Below are positions 18,664-28,126 of a stretch of 64,000 nt of DNA, piece after piece. The DNA comes from a virus. Below the pieces are notes generated by a model that was given only the letters and a program-made list of their open reading frames with translations, had not been told where the DNA came from and made no database searches. The position numbers were made by a program, and so were the translations under genes. Where the stretch lies: IMG/VR virus record IMGVR_UViG_3300036772_000425, positions 10,924 through 74,923 of that record; one strand, 5' to 3'. The stretch's first letter is position 1. Every line of letters starts with the position of its first letter.

Positions 18664-19075
18664 CAAGCAATACGACCACGTAAACGCGCCGGCAATCAGG
18701 CATCCAGACGGTCGTGAGTTCTGTGCGCGGCCTCGAGCGCCTTGGTCTTGTTCACGTGAGCCGGGCCATGATGGTCCGTGCGCAGCGAGCAGGGATCAAA
18801 AGGTCTCGGTGGAACCTACGCATGTCGTCATCAAGGAGCACACAGACATCCAACCTGCGTACTACCTGAGCAAGGAGCAGCGCGCCGCGGCGAAGGAATG
18901 GGTTGAGAAACACGACGCAGAACGACACCTCGCGCCGGGCAAGAAGCACCGGTACTCGGGCGCGATCGGTGGTGCTTATACGTGGAACTTCACATCCACC
19001 AGCCTGGGAGTGATTTCCACGTTGGCGTGTTCGTGCGGCGAGAAATTGGACGTCAGTGACTATGAAGACTGGTGA
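18653..19075 (+). CDS. Hypothetical protein
   Basis: 140-aa ORF bridging the methyltransferase and the homing endonuclease. No recognisable motif. Confidence 0.35.
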   Translation: MTGDKQYDHVNAPAIRHPDGREFCARPRAPWSCSREPGHDGPCAASRDQKVSVEPTHVVIKEHTDIQPAYYLSKEQRAAAKEWVEKHDAERHLAPGKKHRYSGAIGGAYTWNFTSTSLGVISTLACSCGEKLDVSDYEDW

Positions 19076-19707
19076 TGTTTTTTGTTTATGAAGACTGGAC
19101 TGTTGAGCCTTTTCCCCGTTGTTTTTACGTGGGAAAGGGCATTCTAAATCGTGTCAAAAATCTTCGACGAAACAAGCATCACATGAACATCGTCAAAGCA
19201 CATGGCATTGATCGAAGAGTTGTATTTGCGTCATCAGTTGAACAACTGACATTCGACGTTGAGGTCAAGCTGATCGCTGAACACAAAACTTTCGTGTACG
19301 ATCTGGATTATGTCTTCGGAGCCAATTACACCCGCGGCGGCGAGGGAACTTCTGGCTTCCGACCTTCACAGTCGACACGTCAGAAAATGAGTCATTCTGC
19401 CAAGACACGTCCATCCATTTCTGATGAGACAAGACAGCGATTGAAAAATCGTCATGTCTCTGTTTGTACTCGAGTTGAACGAAGCAATTGGGCACGAGCC
19501 CGTGCCGCCCGTCAACGACTTGAATGGATTCAAGTGCACGATAAATCCATCACAATGTTGTCTCTTGATGGAGTGATTCTTCGAAATTTCACATCCATCA
19601 AGGATGCCGCTGAACAGACGAATACTAGTAGAACCATGATTTCATTGGTTCTGAATGGACATCGTGCGTCAGCAAAAGGATATGTGTGGCGCTATGTCAG
19701 AACATGA
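19072..19707 (+). CDS. GIY-YIG (Seg-like) homing endonuclease with C-terminal NUMOD/IENR DNA-binding motifs
   Basis: N-terminus FFVYEDW..PRCFYVGKG with GIY...YIG-like spacing. C-terminus SIKDAAEQTNTSRTMISLVLNGHRASAKGYVWRYV (IENR1-like, as in I-TevI/Seg proteins). AT-richer than its neighbours. Paralog of 24776..25333. Confidence 0.7.
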   Translation: MMFFVYEDWTVEPFPRCFYVGKGILNRVKNLRRNKHHMNIVKAHGIDRRVVFASSVEQLTFDVEVKLIAEHKTFVYDLDYVFGANYTRGGEGTSGFRPSQSTRQKMSHSAKTRPSISDETRQRLKNRHVSVCTRVERSNWARARAARQRLEWIQVHDKSITMLSLDGVILRNFTSIKDAAEQTNTSRTMISLVLNGHRASAKGYVWRYVRT

Positions 19708-20518
19708 AAATAAATTCTGCTTCGTCGCACCGATGTTCAATGCATCTGCGACGCTGCCGCAGCTCCTACACTCACTGTACGGTCAATCGTACAGGAACTG
19801 GAAATTGATCCTGATCGATGATGTTTCGGAAATCACCGAGCTCGAGAAGGAAGTCCAGATCTTTGAGAGGTTCGAGCGGGCCCATGGTCTGGAACAGACC
19901 GTGTCGATCATTGAGGAAGAACAGTGGAATGGCGTCCGATCAGGTGAGAAAGCAACCCTGATCATCAACGCCGAAAAGCGGTGGGAGGTCAGCAACGTCC
20001 TGCGTGGTATCTCGATGTGCGCTGACGACGACATCGTCTGCCGGATCGATGCTGACGATTGGTTGACGGACCTGGACGCCCTGATGTACCTGAATTCCGT
20101 GTACCAACAGACCAACGCTGAGGCGCTGTGGACGGCGCACCGGTGGGCCTTCACGGATCGAAACATCAGTGCACCCATGCCTCCGGATGCAGACCCGTAC
20201 AAGCACCCATGGGTCTCCAGCCACCTGAAGACGTTCCGGAAGAGGTTGATCAACGGTGTCCCTGACATCAACTTCAGGGGTGAAGATGGTCAGTACATCC
20301 GACGAGCCGGCGATCAGGCGATCTATTTGCCCGTTTTGCACCGCGCAAAACGTCGTGGGTTCATTCCCAGGGTCTTCTATCACTACACGATCAAGGATGT
20401 GCCTGCGACCTATCAGACTCCCGACGCGCGCTTTCAACGAGACGAGGCTATCTTTCTTCGAGCTCGTGGATACGTTCAAGAGGGAGGGCCGTGGGAGTCT
20501 GAACTTAGATCACGTTGA
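19694..20518 (+). CDS. Glycosyltransferase family 2
   Basis: FCFVAPMFNASATLPQLLHSLYGQSYRNWKLILIDDVSE, a canonical GT2 N-terminus. The start is taken at ATG 19694 (MSEHENK) to avoid overlap with the endonuclease. Confidence 0.75.
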   Translation: MSEHENKFCFVAPMFNASATLPQLLHSLYGQSYRNWKLILIDDVSEITELEKEVQIFERFERAHGLEQTVSIIEEEQWNGVRSGEKATLIINAEKRWEVSNVLRGISMCADDDIVCRIDADDWLTDLDALMYLNSVYQQTNAEALWTAHRWAFTDRNISAPMPPDADPYKHPWVSSHLKTFRKRLINGVPDINFRGEDGQYIRRAGDQAIYLPVLHRAKRRGFIPRVFYHYTIKDVPATYQTPDARFQRDEAIFLRARGYVQEGGPWESELRSR

Positions 20519-20802
20519 TCTCAGTGGATCTCGCGCCGACCGACAAGGCATGTATGAAACGATTCTACCTGCAACGTGACCAGGATGCTTCAGGTGTCTC
20601 AGGCCTCGGCAATGTGGCCGAAGGTATCCAGTTTGACAGCGGTTGGTGCGCGCTGGCGTGGATCACCAGCCACGATCCGGAGGATGAGGTGCACTCGTTC
20701 TACCATGACATCGCCCGGATCGAGGAGATCCATGGGCACCGTGGGATGACCAAGGTCGTCTGGATCGATGATGAATCGTCGAACGTGGTGGTCGCGCGCT
20801 GA
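20515..20802 (+). CDS. Hypothetical protein
   Basis: 95-aa ORF collinear with the island. Confidence 0.35.
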   Translation: MISVDLAPTDKACMKRFYLQRDQDASGVSGLGNVAEGIQFDSGWCALAWITSHDPEDEVHSFYHDIARIEEIHGHRGMTKVVWIDDESSNVVVAR

Positions 20803-20838
20803 GTGAAAAACTGGTCGCTCGCATGGTAGTGTCATGCC

Positions 20839-21177
20839 ATGATTGGTATCTACGGTGCGAGCGATGACCTCGTTGAGATCGAGGGTGATGTTAAGGATGA
20901 GGTTGCACCTGGGAAGGTGATCCAGGTGGGAGACAGCACGAGGGGAGTGCGTGTTGTTTTCAAGTACGCAGTGGGCAAGGGTTCTGGGTCTGTCTGGCGC
21001 GGCTCGATCGAGCAGATCGATGAAGGCGTCCCGATGTTCCCTGTGACGATTTCGGAAGCCGAACCGAGCGGTTACCCCAACCCGACGAGCTACAGCGTGA
21101 AGTTCAACATCGACTGTCCGGTCGGCACTCCAGTCACGGTCAGCGGTCGGCTCATCAACCGGAAGCCCCGTCGTTGA
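20839..21177 (+). CDS. Hypothetical protein
   Basis: 112-aa ORF. Confidence 0.4.
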   Translation: MIGIYGASDDLVEIEGDVKDEVAPGKVIQVGDSTRGVRVVFKYAVGKGSGSVWRGSIEQIDEGVPMFPVTISEAEPSGYPNPTSYSVKFNIDCPVGTPVTVSGRLINRKPRR

Positions 21178-22115
21178 AGGCCTACATCAATCGCAAGGTG
21201 GTGGTGGGCCCTTGGGGCGGTGGCAACCTCTTCACCCGGGCCTACTGGAAACACTGCGAGGAATCTGCGGGTTTCGAGCTGTGCCGCGGATCATCGTTCC
21301 AGATCAGGCCTGATGTGATGTTGCTGGTCGGCCTGGACAACCAGGGACCCGATGAGATCAGCGTCGAACAGGCGATCATGTACAAGATGTACGTGAACCC
21401 CGGATGCAAGCTCGTCCTGCGCGTCAATGAAAACGATCCCAGGAAGGGAACGTCGCACGTCGACGCAGGTCTCCTCAAGCTCTCAGAACATGTGGACGGC
21501 ACTGTCTTCGTGTCCAAATGGATGCAGCAGTACTTCAACGAAAAGGGTTGGGCCTGCAAGAACCAGACGGTCATCATCAACGGCGTTGACAACCAGATCT
21601 TCAAGCCCGGTACGAAGCTCAACAACGGGAAGCTCAACATCGTAGCACACCATTGGAGCGACAACTGGCTCAAGGGCGGTGATGTCTACGAACAGATCGA
21701 TAGGTTCGTGGGTGAGAATCCAGACCGGTTCACCTTCACCTACATCGGTCGTCATAAGTGCGATTTCAAGCACACCAACGTGGTCAAACCCTTGAGCGGG
21801 AAGCTTCTGGGTGAAGAGTTGGGCAAGTACGACGTGTACGTCTCAGCGTCACGGTTCGATCCGGGACCCAACCACGTCCTCGAGGCGCTGGCCTGCGGCC
21901 TGTCTACGTATGTTCATCACGACGGCGGGGGTTGTGTGGAGTTCGCGACCGGCGCGGCCAGCTACCGTGACTGGAACTTCCTCCGTGCCTTGTTGGTGTG
22001 TGAACACGCTGCTGGCCAAGTTCGTGAACCGACGGTGAACACTTTTACGCCTGGAACATGGCAGGAATGCGTCCGTGAGTACAATGCATTCCTGGCATCC
22101 ACATGGCAAACGTGA
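21174..22115 (+). CDS. Glycosyltransferase (GT1/GT4-like C-terminal domain)
   Basis: ...DVYVSASRFDPGPNHVLEALACGLSTYVHHDGGG resembles the GT4 E..G..LEA.A.G motif. TTG/ATG start overlapping the upstream stop. Confidence 0.5.
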   Translation: MKAYINRKVVVGPWGGGNLFTRAYWKHCEESAGFELCRGSSFQIRPDVMLLVGLDNQGPDEISVEQAIMYKMYVNPGCKLVLRVNENDPRKGTSHVDAGLLKLSEHVDGTVFVSKWMQQYFNEKGWACKNQTVIINGVDNQIFKPGTKLNNGKLNIVAHHWSDNWLKGGDVYEQIDRFVGENPDRFTFTYIGRHKCDFKHTNVVKPLSGKLLGEELGKYDVYVSASRFDPGPNHVLEALACGLSTYVHHDGGGCVEFATGAASYRDWNFLRALLVCEHAAGQVREPTVNTFTPGTWQECVREYNAFLASTWQT

Positions 22116-22477
22116 TCAGGTTCTCAGAGCTGCTGACACAGCACGTCAACAGGAAGATCGTAAGGTGCGTCAAGGATCATCCGAATGTTGATCCGGTGCT
22201 GCTGAAGAACATCCGGGACATCATCCAGGATACGGTGTCAGGGATCTTCCAGAAAAGCACACACAAGCTGTCGTACCCGGCGATGGGCTGGCTGGCGAAC
22301 CAGTACTTCAGGTCGATCAAGCTGGATTCGACACCGGTAGACGACATGATCGTCATCAATGATTACAAGATGTCAGACATGACCTTCAACGACGTTCAGC
22401 TGCTGAGGAACCTGTTCGACGACACCCGAATTTCGTCTCAACTCAACGCTGAATTCAAGCGAAGGACTGCATCATGA
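22103..22477 (+). CDS. Hypothetical protein (tandem paralog 1)
   Basis: 124 aa. Shares ...LSYPAMGWLANQYFRSIKLD with the next ORF's MNYLAQQYYDGIRIND. Confidence 0.45.
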   Translation: MANVIRFSELLTQHVNRKIVRCVKDHPNVDPVLLKNIRDIIQDTVSGIFQKSTHKLSYPAMGWLANQYFRSIKLDSTPVDDMIVINDYKMSDMTFNDVQLLRNLFDDTRISSQLNAEFKRRTAS

Positions 22478-22842
22478 AATCACAGGAACTGCAGCAGATC
22501 ATCACCGAGCTTTTGCAGTTGAAGTTGAGGCCGCTCATCTCGGACGAGAAGAGCCTCAACTCCAGCTCGTGCATCGAGATCTACGTCACGATTTTCGAGG
22601 CTCTTACGGAGGTGGTGCAGGAAGCTCACCTACCGATCAGCAACGAGGGTATGAACTACCTCGCACAGCAGTACTACGACGGGATCCGGATCAATGACGT
22701 GCATGAGCTGGACCCAACCATCTTTGACAAGCGTGTCTCCGTCGGTGACATGCCGACCAAGGAGCTTGCCTTGCTCGCTGCGATCCTGAGTGGAACTGAC
22801 TTCATTTTGCCAGTGGTCGAGGAGATCAAAAGGCGTTCGTGA
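22474..22842 (+). CDS. Hypothetical protein (tandem paralog 2)
   Basis: 122 aa. See previous feature. 4-nt start/stop overlap. Confidence 0.45.
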   Translation: MKSQELQQIITELLQLKLRPLISDEKSLNSSSCIEIYVTIFEALTEVVQEAHLPISNEGMNYLAQQYYDGIRINDVHELDPTIFDKRVSVGDMPTKELALLAAILSGTDFILPVVEEIKRRS

Positions 22843-23786
22843 AAATCCATTTCGACAATGTCGCACCGCAAGGCACAGGACCAGGTACATTCGCCCATCG
22901 GTTGGCGGCGCGGCTCTTCGAGATCGGACACGAGGTATCATTCAGCAGGGATGATTCTCCTGTTTCGTTGGTCTTCATCGAACGGTCGGGAGCACCGTTG
23001 GCCGACAAGGTTGTCCAACGTTTGGATGGGTTCTGGTTCAAACCGGGCGAATTCGCCCATAAGAACGTGGGCATCGAGTTCCTTCACAACTATGCACATG
23101 CGGTCGTGTACCAGTCACAGTTCGACAGGAAGATGGCTGAAAAATGGTTCGGTTCAGCCAACGGTCAGCAGGGGCTGACCCGTGTGGTGTGCAACGGTAT
23201 CAAGATCGATCCGATCAAGGAGCTGACGATCCCGGCCCTGATCAACCTCCGTGCACAGTACGATCGGTTGTACGTCTGCAGTGCTAACTGGCATCCGCAG
23301 AAGCGCTTGGGTGCCAACATTCGCTTGTTCAACCAACTTCGCAAGACGGAACCTAACAGCTGCCTCATCATCCTGGGAAACAACCCAGATCACATGGTGG
23401 CCGATCCTCACATCTTCTACACCGGAACCGTCAGACCGGAAGTCTTCAACCAGATCTACTCAGCCGCAGACTGGATGCTGCACCTGGCTTGGGCCGACCA
23501 TTGTCCCAACGTGGTGGTCGAGGCGCTTGTCCAAGGCACACCCGTTGTCTGTGGGGAGGTGGGCGGTACCAAGGAACTAGTTGGACAGTACGGAATCGTG
23601 CTGGAAGAAGCTCCGTACGCTTACGAGCTCACGGACTACGATAGCCCTCCTGATATCGACGTCTCGCAGGTGAAATCGTTGCCGTCTAGGTTGTCCTTGG
23701 ACTACACAGGAGTTGCCGAACGTCTGGACATCAACCTTGTAGCCGAGCAGTACGTCTCATTGTTCGAGAGGTTGATCAGGCGGTAG
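22839..23786 (+). CDS. Glycosyltransferase family 1/4
   Basis: C-terminal EALVQGTPVVCGEVGGTKELVGQYGIVLEE (GT4 motif). Confidence 0.6.
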   Translation: MKIHFDNVAPQGTGPGTFAHRLAARLFEIGHEVSFSRDDSPVSLVFIERSGAPLADKVVQRLDGFWFKPGEFAHKNVGIEFLHNYAHAVVYQSQFDRKMAEKWFGSANGQQGLTRVVCNGIKIDPIKELTIPALINLRAQYDRLYVCSANWHPQKRLGANIRLFNQLRKTEPNSCLIILGNNPDHMVADPHIFYTGTVRPEVFNQIYSAADWMLHLAWADHCPNVVVEALVQGTPVVCGEVGGTKELVGQYGIVLEEAPYAYELTDYDSPPDIDVSQVKSLPSRLSLDYTGVAERLDINLVAEQYVSLFERLIRR

Positions 23787-23795
23787 AATACTCGG

Positions 23796-24779
23796 ATGAA
23801 ACGAGCTTTCATCACGGGCCCGACCGGTCAGGACGGATCGTACCTCTGCGATCTCCTACAGGAGAAGGGGTACGAGGTGCACGGCCTGATCAGGCAAACG
23901 ACACAATTCACGCCTGATCGGTGGGGACATCTTCGCGGCGCGATGCAAAAGGGACTCATTGTTCACCACGGTGATGTCACCGATGCATCGTTGATGAGAA
24001 CGTTGGTTGAAGCCATCCAACCTCATGAGGTGTACAACCTCGCGGCTCAATCACACGTGGGTCAATCGTTCGACCAACCGATCAACACAGTCGGTACGAC
24101 AGCCATGGGGCCACTGAACCTGCTGGAGGCACTTCGGCGCAGCCGGCCGACAGCAAGGTTCTACCAAGCATCCTCGAGCGAGATGTTCGGTAAGGTCAAG
24201 GAAACTCCGCAGCGCGAGACGACCTCATTCCATCCACGGTCACCGTACGGTTGTGCAAAGGTTTTCGGCCACTACATCACCCAGAACTACAGGGAGGCGT
24301 ACGGTCTCTTTGCGTGCAGTGGGATCCTCTTCAATCACGAGAGCGAGCGCCGCGGCGAGAATTTCGTCACCCGGAAGATCACGCGGGCTGTCGGTAGGAT
24401 CAAGCACGGCCTGCAGCAGGATCTGATCCTTGGGAACACGGGCGTGAAGCGCGACTGGGGTTATGCACCCGATTACGTGGAGGCAATGTGGTTGATGCTG
24501 CAGCAGGACACTCCCAGTGATTATGTCATCGGGACGGGAGCTCGGCATTCCGTCGAGGACTTCTTGAAGCTTGCTTTCGAACACGCCGGCCTGGATCACC
24601 GGAACTTCGTGGGACGTGACCCGCGTTTCATGCGGCCGGCGGAGGTTGATACCCTTCAGGCTGATTCCAGGATGGCCCTAGAAAAACTCGGGTGGGCGCC
24701 GAAGGTAGGATTCAAGGCCCTGGTTGGGAAAATGGTGGACCATGACCTCGAGCTTGCTCGGAAGGAGTCCCTGGAATGA
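23796..24779 (+). CDS. gmd: GDP-mannose 4,6-dehydratase
   Basis: MKRAFITGPTGQDGSYLCDLLQEKGYEVHGLIR...YNLAAQSHVGQSFDQP...RFYQASSSEMFGKV...SPYGCAKVFGHYITQNYREAYGLFACSGILFNHESERRGENFVTRKITRA. Near-canonical Gmd sequence with the S/Y/K catalytic context. Confidence 0.9.
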   Translation: MKRAFITGPTGQDGSYLCDLLQEKGYEVHGLIRQTTQFTPDRWGHLRGAMQKGLIVHHGDVTDASLMRTLVEAIQPHEVYNLAAQSHVGQSFDQPINTVGTTAMGPLNLLEALRRSRPTARFYQASSSEMFGKVKETPQRETTSFHPRSPYGCAKVFGHYITQNYREAYGLFACSGILFNHESERRGENFVTRKITRAVGRIKHGLQQDLILGNTGVKRDWGYAPDYVEAMWLMLQQDTPSDYVIGTGARHSVEDFLKLAFEHAGLDHRNFVGRDPRFMRPAEVDTLQADSRMALEKLGWAPKVGFKALVGKMVDHDLELARKESLE

Positions 24780-25333
24780 AAAGTTTCGGTTACAAACACT
24801 GGACGCTCGAAGAGATCCCACGGTGTTTCTACGTAGGCAAGGGTGTTGAAGGTCGTGCGCAGTGTGCGATTCGTCGTAGTCGTAAGTGGCAAACAGTAGC
24901 GCGACGTTACGGTTTCCGTGTTGAAGTGTGTTTGGGCCCAGTAAGTGATGCAGAGGCAATTGCATGGGAGATCAACAACATCGCTGCTGAAGACACTTTT
25001 ACCACTTCTTTCACAACAGAAGGTGGCAAAAACATTCGCTGTAACTTCACACGAGGTGGCGACGGCGCTTTGGGTTATCGTCACACCGTTCAACACAAAA
25101 TGCACATTGCTCAAGTTCTTCGAGGAAATCATCACACTCTGGGCAGAAAACGGTCATCATCAGAACGATATGCAATTGCTATCAAGCAACAACTTCTGAC
25201 CAGAGCGGACGTCGAGCAAATTCAATGTTTGGATGAGAATGGCGTACACTACATTGAACTTATGACGCAATTCAACTGCAGTTATCCGGTATTGCGTCGA
25301 GCAATTCGTGGCGTGTATAGAGCACTTCAATGA
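24776..25333 (+). CDS. GIY-YIG-like homing endonuclease (paralog of 19072..19707)
   Basis: FGYKHWTLEEIPRCFYVGKG... is the same N-terminal motif as 19072..19707. AT-richer composition. Confidence 0.6.
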   Translation: MKSFGYKHWTLEEIPRCFYVGKGVEGRAQCAIRRSRKWQTVARRYGFRVEVCLGPVSDAEAIAWEINNIAAEDTFTTSFTTEGGKNIRCNFTRGGDGALGYRHTVQHKMHIAQVLRGNHHTLGRKRSSSERYAIAIKQQLLTRADVEQIQCLDENGVHYIELMTQFNCSYPVLRRAIRGVYRALQ

Positions 25334-26265
25334 AAAGGGTTTTTGTTCTGGCTCCTAATGAATCGTGGATCGTCGATCGTTTCGTCAAGGAATGGCGCCA
25401 GGACAACCCAGACCTGGACGCAACAAGCCCTGAAACTGCAGACGTCATCTGGTTGCTCTCCGACTGGTGTTGGAAGCAGGTTCCCCAGAACCTGCTGTAC
25501 GCAAAGCGGGTGCTGGTCACAGTCCATCACATCGTTCCGGAGAAGTTCGGTCCCAGGGATCGGATGGAATTCGAGTTCAGGGATCGGTTCGTAGAAGCGT
25601 ACCATGTTCCCAATGAGCACACGCACAGCATGGTCACCGGTCTGACGAAAAAACCCATCCATGTCATCCCGTACTGGGCCAACAACAGGATCTGGCAACG
25701 AACCCACGAGGGACAAAGGCTCGCAGAGCTCTGGGAAAAACACAGACTGCCCCCGGGATTCGGCACTGAGGCTCCCACGTACTTCATCGGTTCATTCCAA
25801 CGTGACACAGAGGGTCATGATCTGATCAGTCCCAAGCTCGAGAAGGGTCCTGATCTGTTGGCAGATGCTATCATTACGTACCGGGATCGGTGCAAGGAGA
25901 AGTTCCCGCTCGAGGTGATCCTTGCGGGTTGGCGCAGGCAGTACCTGATGAACCGTCTGGTCGAAGCAGGGATCAAGTACCACTATTTTGAGCGTCCTGA
26001 CCAACGAACCATCAACGAACTGTACCAGGTGCTCAACCTGTATCCAGTCACAGCAAGGCACGAAGGTGGACCCCAGTCGCTCATCGAGTGTGGACTGTTG
26101 GGGATCCCTGTTGTGTCAAGGGACGTTGGGATGGCGAGCGCGGTCCTACCGCCGACAGCGATCAACGACAACGTGACGATGGCCACACCGTGCGTCCCGG
26201 ACGTTCGAAGCCTGGTGCTGCCGAACGGTTACCTTCCGTTCAAGAACCTCCTGGAATCACTATGA
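25330..26265 (+). CDS. Glycosyltransferase family 1-like
   Basis: C-terminal YPVTARHEGGPQSLIECGLLGIPVVSRDVG (GT1/GT4 EGG..LEA...G.PV motif). Confidence 0.55.
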   Translation: MKRVFVLAPNESWIVDRFVKEWRQDNPDLDATSPETADVIWLLSDWCWKQVPQNLLYAKRVLVTVHHIVPEKFGPRDRMEFEFRDRFVEAYHVPNEHTHSMVTGLTKKPIHVIPYWANNRIWQRTHEGQRLAELWEKHRLPPGFGTEAPTYFIGSFQRDTEGHDLISPKLEKGPDLLADAIITYRDRCKEKFPLEVILAGWRRQYLMNRLVEAGIKYHYFERPDQRTINELYQVLNLYPVTARHEGGPQSLIECGLLGIPVVSRDVGMASAVLPPTAINDNVTMATPCVPDVRSLVLPNGYLPFKNLLESL

Positions 26266-27104
26266 ATGATCGTCAACCCCGAATCCTGATGGTGACCTGC
26301 TGCCTGGAAGAATCACGGTACCGGATTCTGCAGCAGGTTGTCACGAACCTGTTGGATCAGGATCCGACGTGCGTCGATCGTATCGACGTCCTCGACAATG
26401 CATCCACGTACGCGGGAACGCACGAACTGCTTCGTAGCTTCAAACACGTCTTCAAGGCAGACCACAACGTCGGTTACTGGACGGCCATCGACTGGTGGTT
26501 GGACAGCCTGAAGAACGAGGGTTGCAGGTACACGTACATCATCGAATCTGACATGATCCACTACAGATTCGGGGAGCTCGACGCCTGCGCCCGCCTCCTC
26601 GATTCACAACCAGAAATTGGTTCGGTGAGGTTGCATGAGTACTCGATCGCTGAACATCACCTGTACAACAAGGACGCTCCCGTCCCTGGATCACGCAAAG
26701 GCCTGTGGCAATCCCACACCAACAAGGTGACGAAGCAGCCCGTCGTGCACACTCAGATCGACGGCGGGCAGTTCTGGAGGACCAACTTCCTGACACAGCT
26801 GCCCGCCGTCAATCGGTACAGCACCATGCTGAAGGTTTTCAACCAGCTCCGGAGCCGTAGTTCCCTCGCTCCCAAGGAGTTCACGGAGCTGGATTTCCAG
26901 CGCCTGTATCATGAATCGCACCCTGAAATTGCTATCCTGGACGGTGGGATCTTCCACTGCGATCTGAACCCGTATGGAACTACCGCGATCACGGGTTCAT
27001 GGACAGAACCCCAGAAGCTCTTGCAACTGGGATACCAACCGACCAGGTTCGCTTCAATCCTTCCGCACAGCGAATACATGGTGACAGATCTGGACCAAGA
27101 TTGA
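26263..27104 (+). CDS. Glycosyltransferase family 2-like
   Basis: MNDRQPRILMVTCCLEESRYRILQQVVTNLL...VDRIDVLDNASTYAG (GT2-like fold start). ATG at 26263 is preferred over the longer frame-overlapping ORF 26088. Confidence 0.5.
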
Positions 27105-27108
27105 ACAG

Positions 27109-28125
27109 ATGGGCAAGACATTCCTCATTTTCGGCGGTACCGGCTCCTTGGGTCGACGCCTGATCGACAGGTTGATCCCTGAACATCGGGTGTTCGTCTA
27201 CTCACGGGACGAAGCGAAGCACTGGACCATCCGGAACGAGATGTCAACCCATCCCAACCTAGAGAACCTGCGATTCCTTGTCGGTGACATCAGGGATCCG
27301 GATCGTGTCAGGGACGTCATCAGGCAGTGCATTCCCGATACGATCATCGTCGCCGCGGCGCTGAAGCAGGTCGACACCTGCGAACTGAGCCCGGGAGAGA
27401 GCGTGCTGACGAACCTGATCGGCACCCAGAATGTCATCAAAGCCATCAACGAAACGAACCTGCAGCATCCTACCACGGTGCTGTTCGTCAGCACCGACAA
27501 GGCCTGTTCACCTGTGAACGTATACGGGATGTGCAAGGCAATTTCAGAACGCCTGGTGACAAGCCAGGCGATGAACGGACGTTCGGACGTGCGCTACCTT
27601 GCGGTCCGTTATGGAAACGTTCTTGAATCACGCGGTAGCATCATCCCGCTCTTCAAGTACCAGGCCGAGAAGTTGGACCGGTTGACGATCACCGATCCGA
27701 ACATGACAAGGTTTGTCATGACGCTGGACGATAGCGTCAACCTGATCGAGCACGCCGTGCAGCACGGTCAATCCGGAACAACTTGGATCCCAAAGCTCCC
27801 GGCCATGCGGATTGGGGACCTTGCGCAGATCTTCGCGGAGAGGTTCGGAAAACCGGTGATCACGATCGGCCTGCGCCCAGGTGAGAAGATGCACGAGGAC
27901 CTGATCAACGAATCAGAATCATCGAGGACCACCAAACTGGATGGTTTCTACATGATCTCACCTGCATTTGAGGCCGGTTCTGAACCCAGGTTCACGTACT
28001 CCAGCAACGATACCGTGATGAGCAAGGACGAGCTGTCCGATCACCTGACCAAGCTTGGGATCATCGATAGACCATTGGCTGAATTCAAGGGCTTGTCCAT
28101 CGAAGAGATCATCACAGGATCGTAG
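27109..28125 (+). CDS. PseB/PglF/CapD-like UDP-GlcNAc 4,6-dehydratase (polysaccharide biosynthesis protein)
   Basis: FLIFGGTGSLGRRL...VFVYSRDEAKHW...FLVGDIRDPDRV...IIVAAALKQVDTCE...VSTDKACSPVNVYGMCKAISERLV...RYGNVLESRGSIIPLF...ITDPNMTRF...PGEKMHE aligns along its length with PseB/FlaA1-type dehydratases. Confidence 0.8.
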   Translation: MGKTFLIFGGTGSLGRRLIDRLIPEHRVFVYSRDEAKHWTIRNEMSTHPNLENLRFLVGDIRDPDRVRDVIRQCIPDTIIVAAALKQVDTCELSPGESVLTNLIGTQNVIKAINETNLQHPTTVLFVSTDKACSPVNVYGMCKAISERLVTSQAMNGRSDVRYLAVRYGNVLESRGSIIPLFKYQAEKLDRLTITDPNMTRFVMTLDDSVNLIEHAVQHGQSGTTWIPKLPAMRIGDLAQIFAERFGKPVITIGLRPGEKMHEDLINESESSRTTKLDGFYMISPAFEAGSEPRFTYSSNDTVMSKDELSDHLTKLGIIDRPLAEFKGLSIEEIITGS

Positions 28126-28126
28126 G

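Noticed and set aside
26088-26262. N-terminal extension of the GT2-like ORF (338-aa version)
   Set aside because: Overlaps the C-terminal 60 codons of the upstream glycosyltransferase in another frame. ATG at 26263 (MNDRQPRILMV) removes the overlap.
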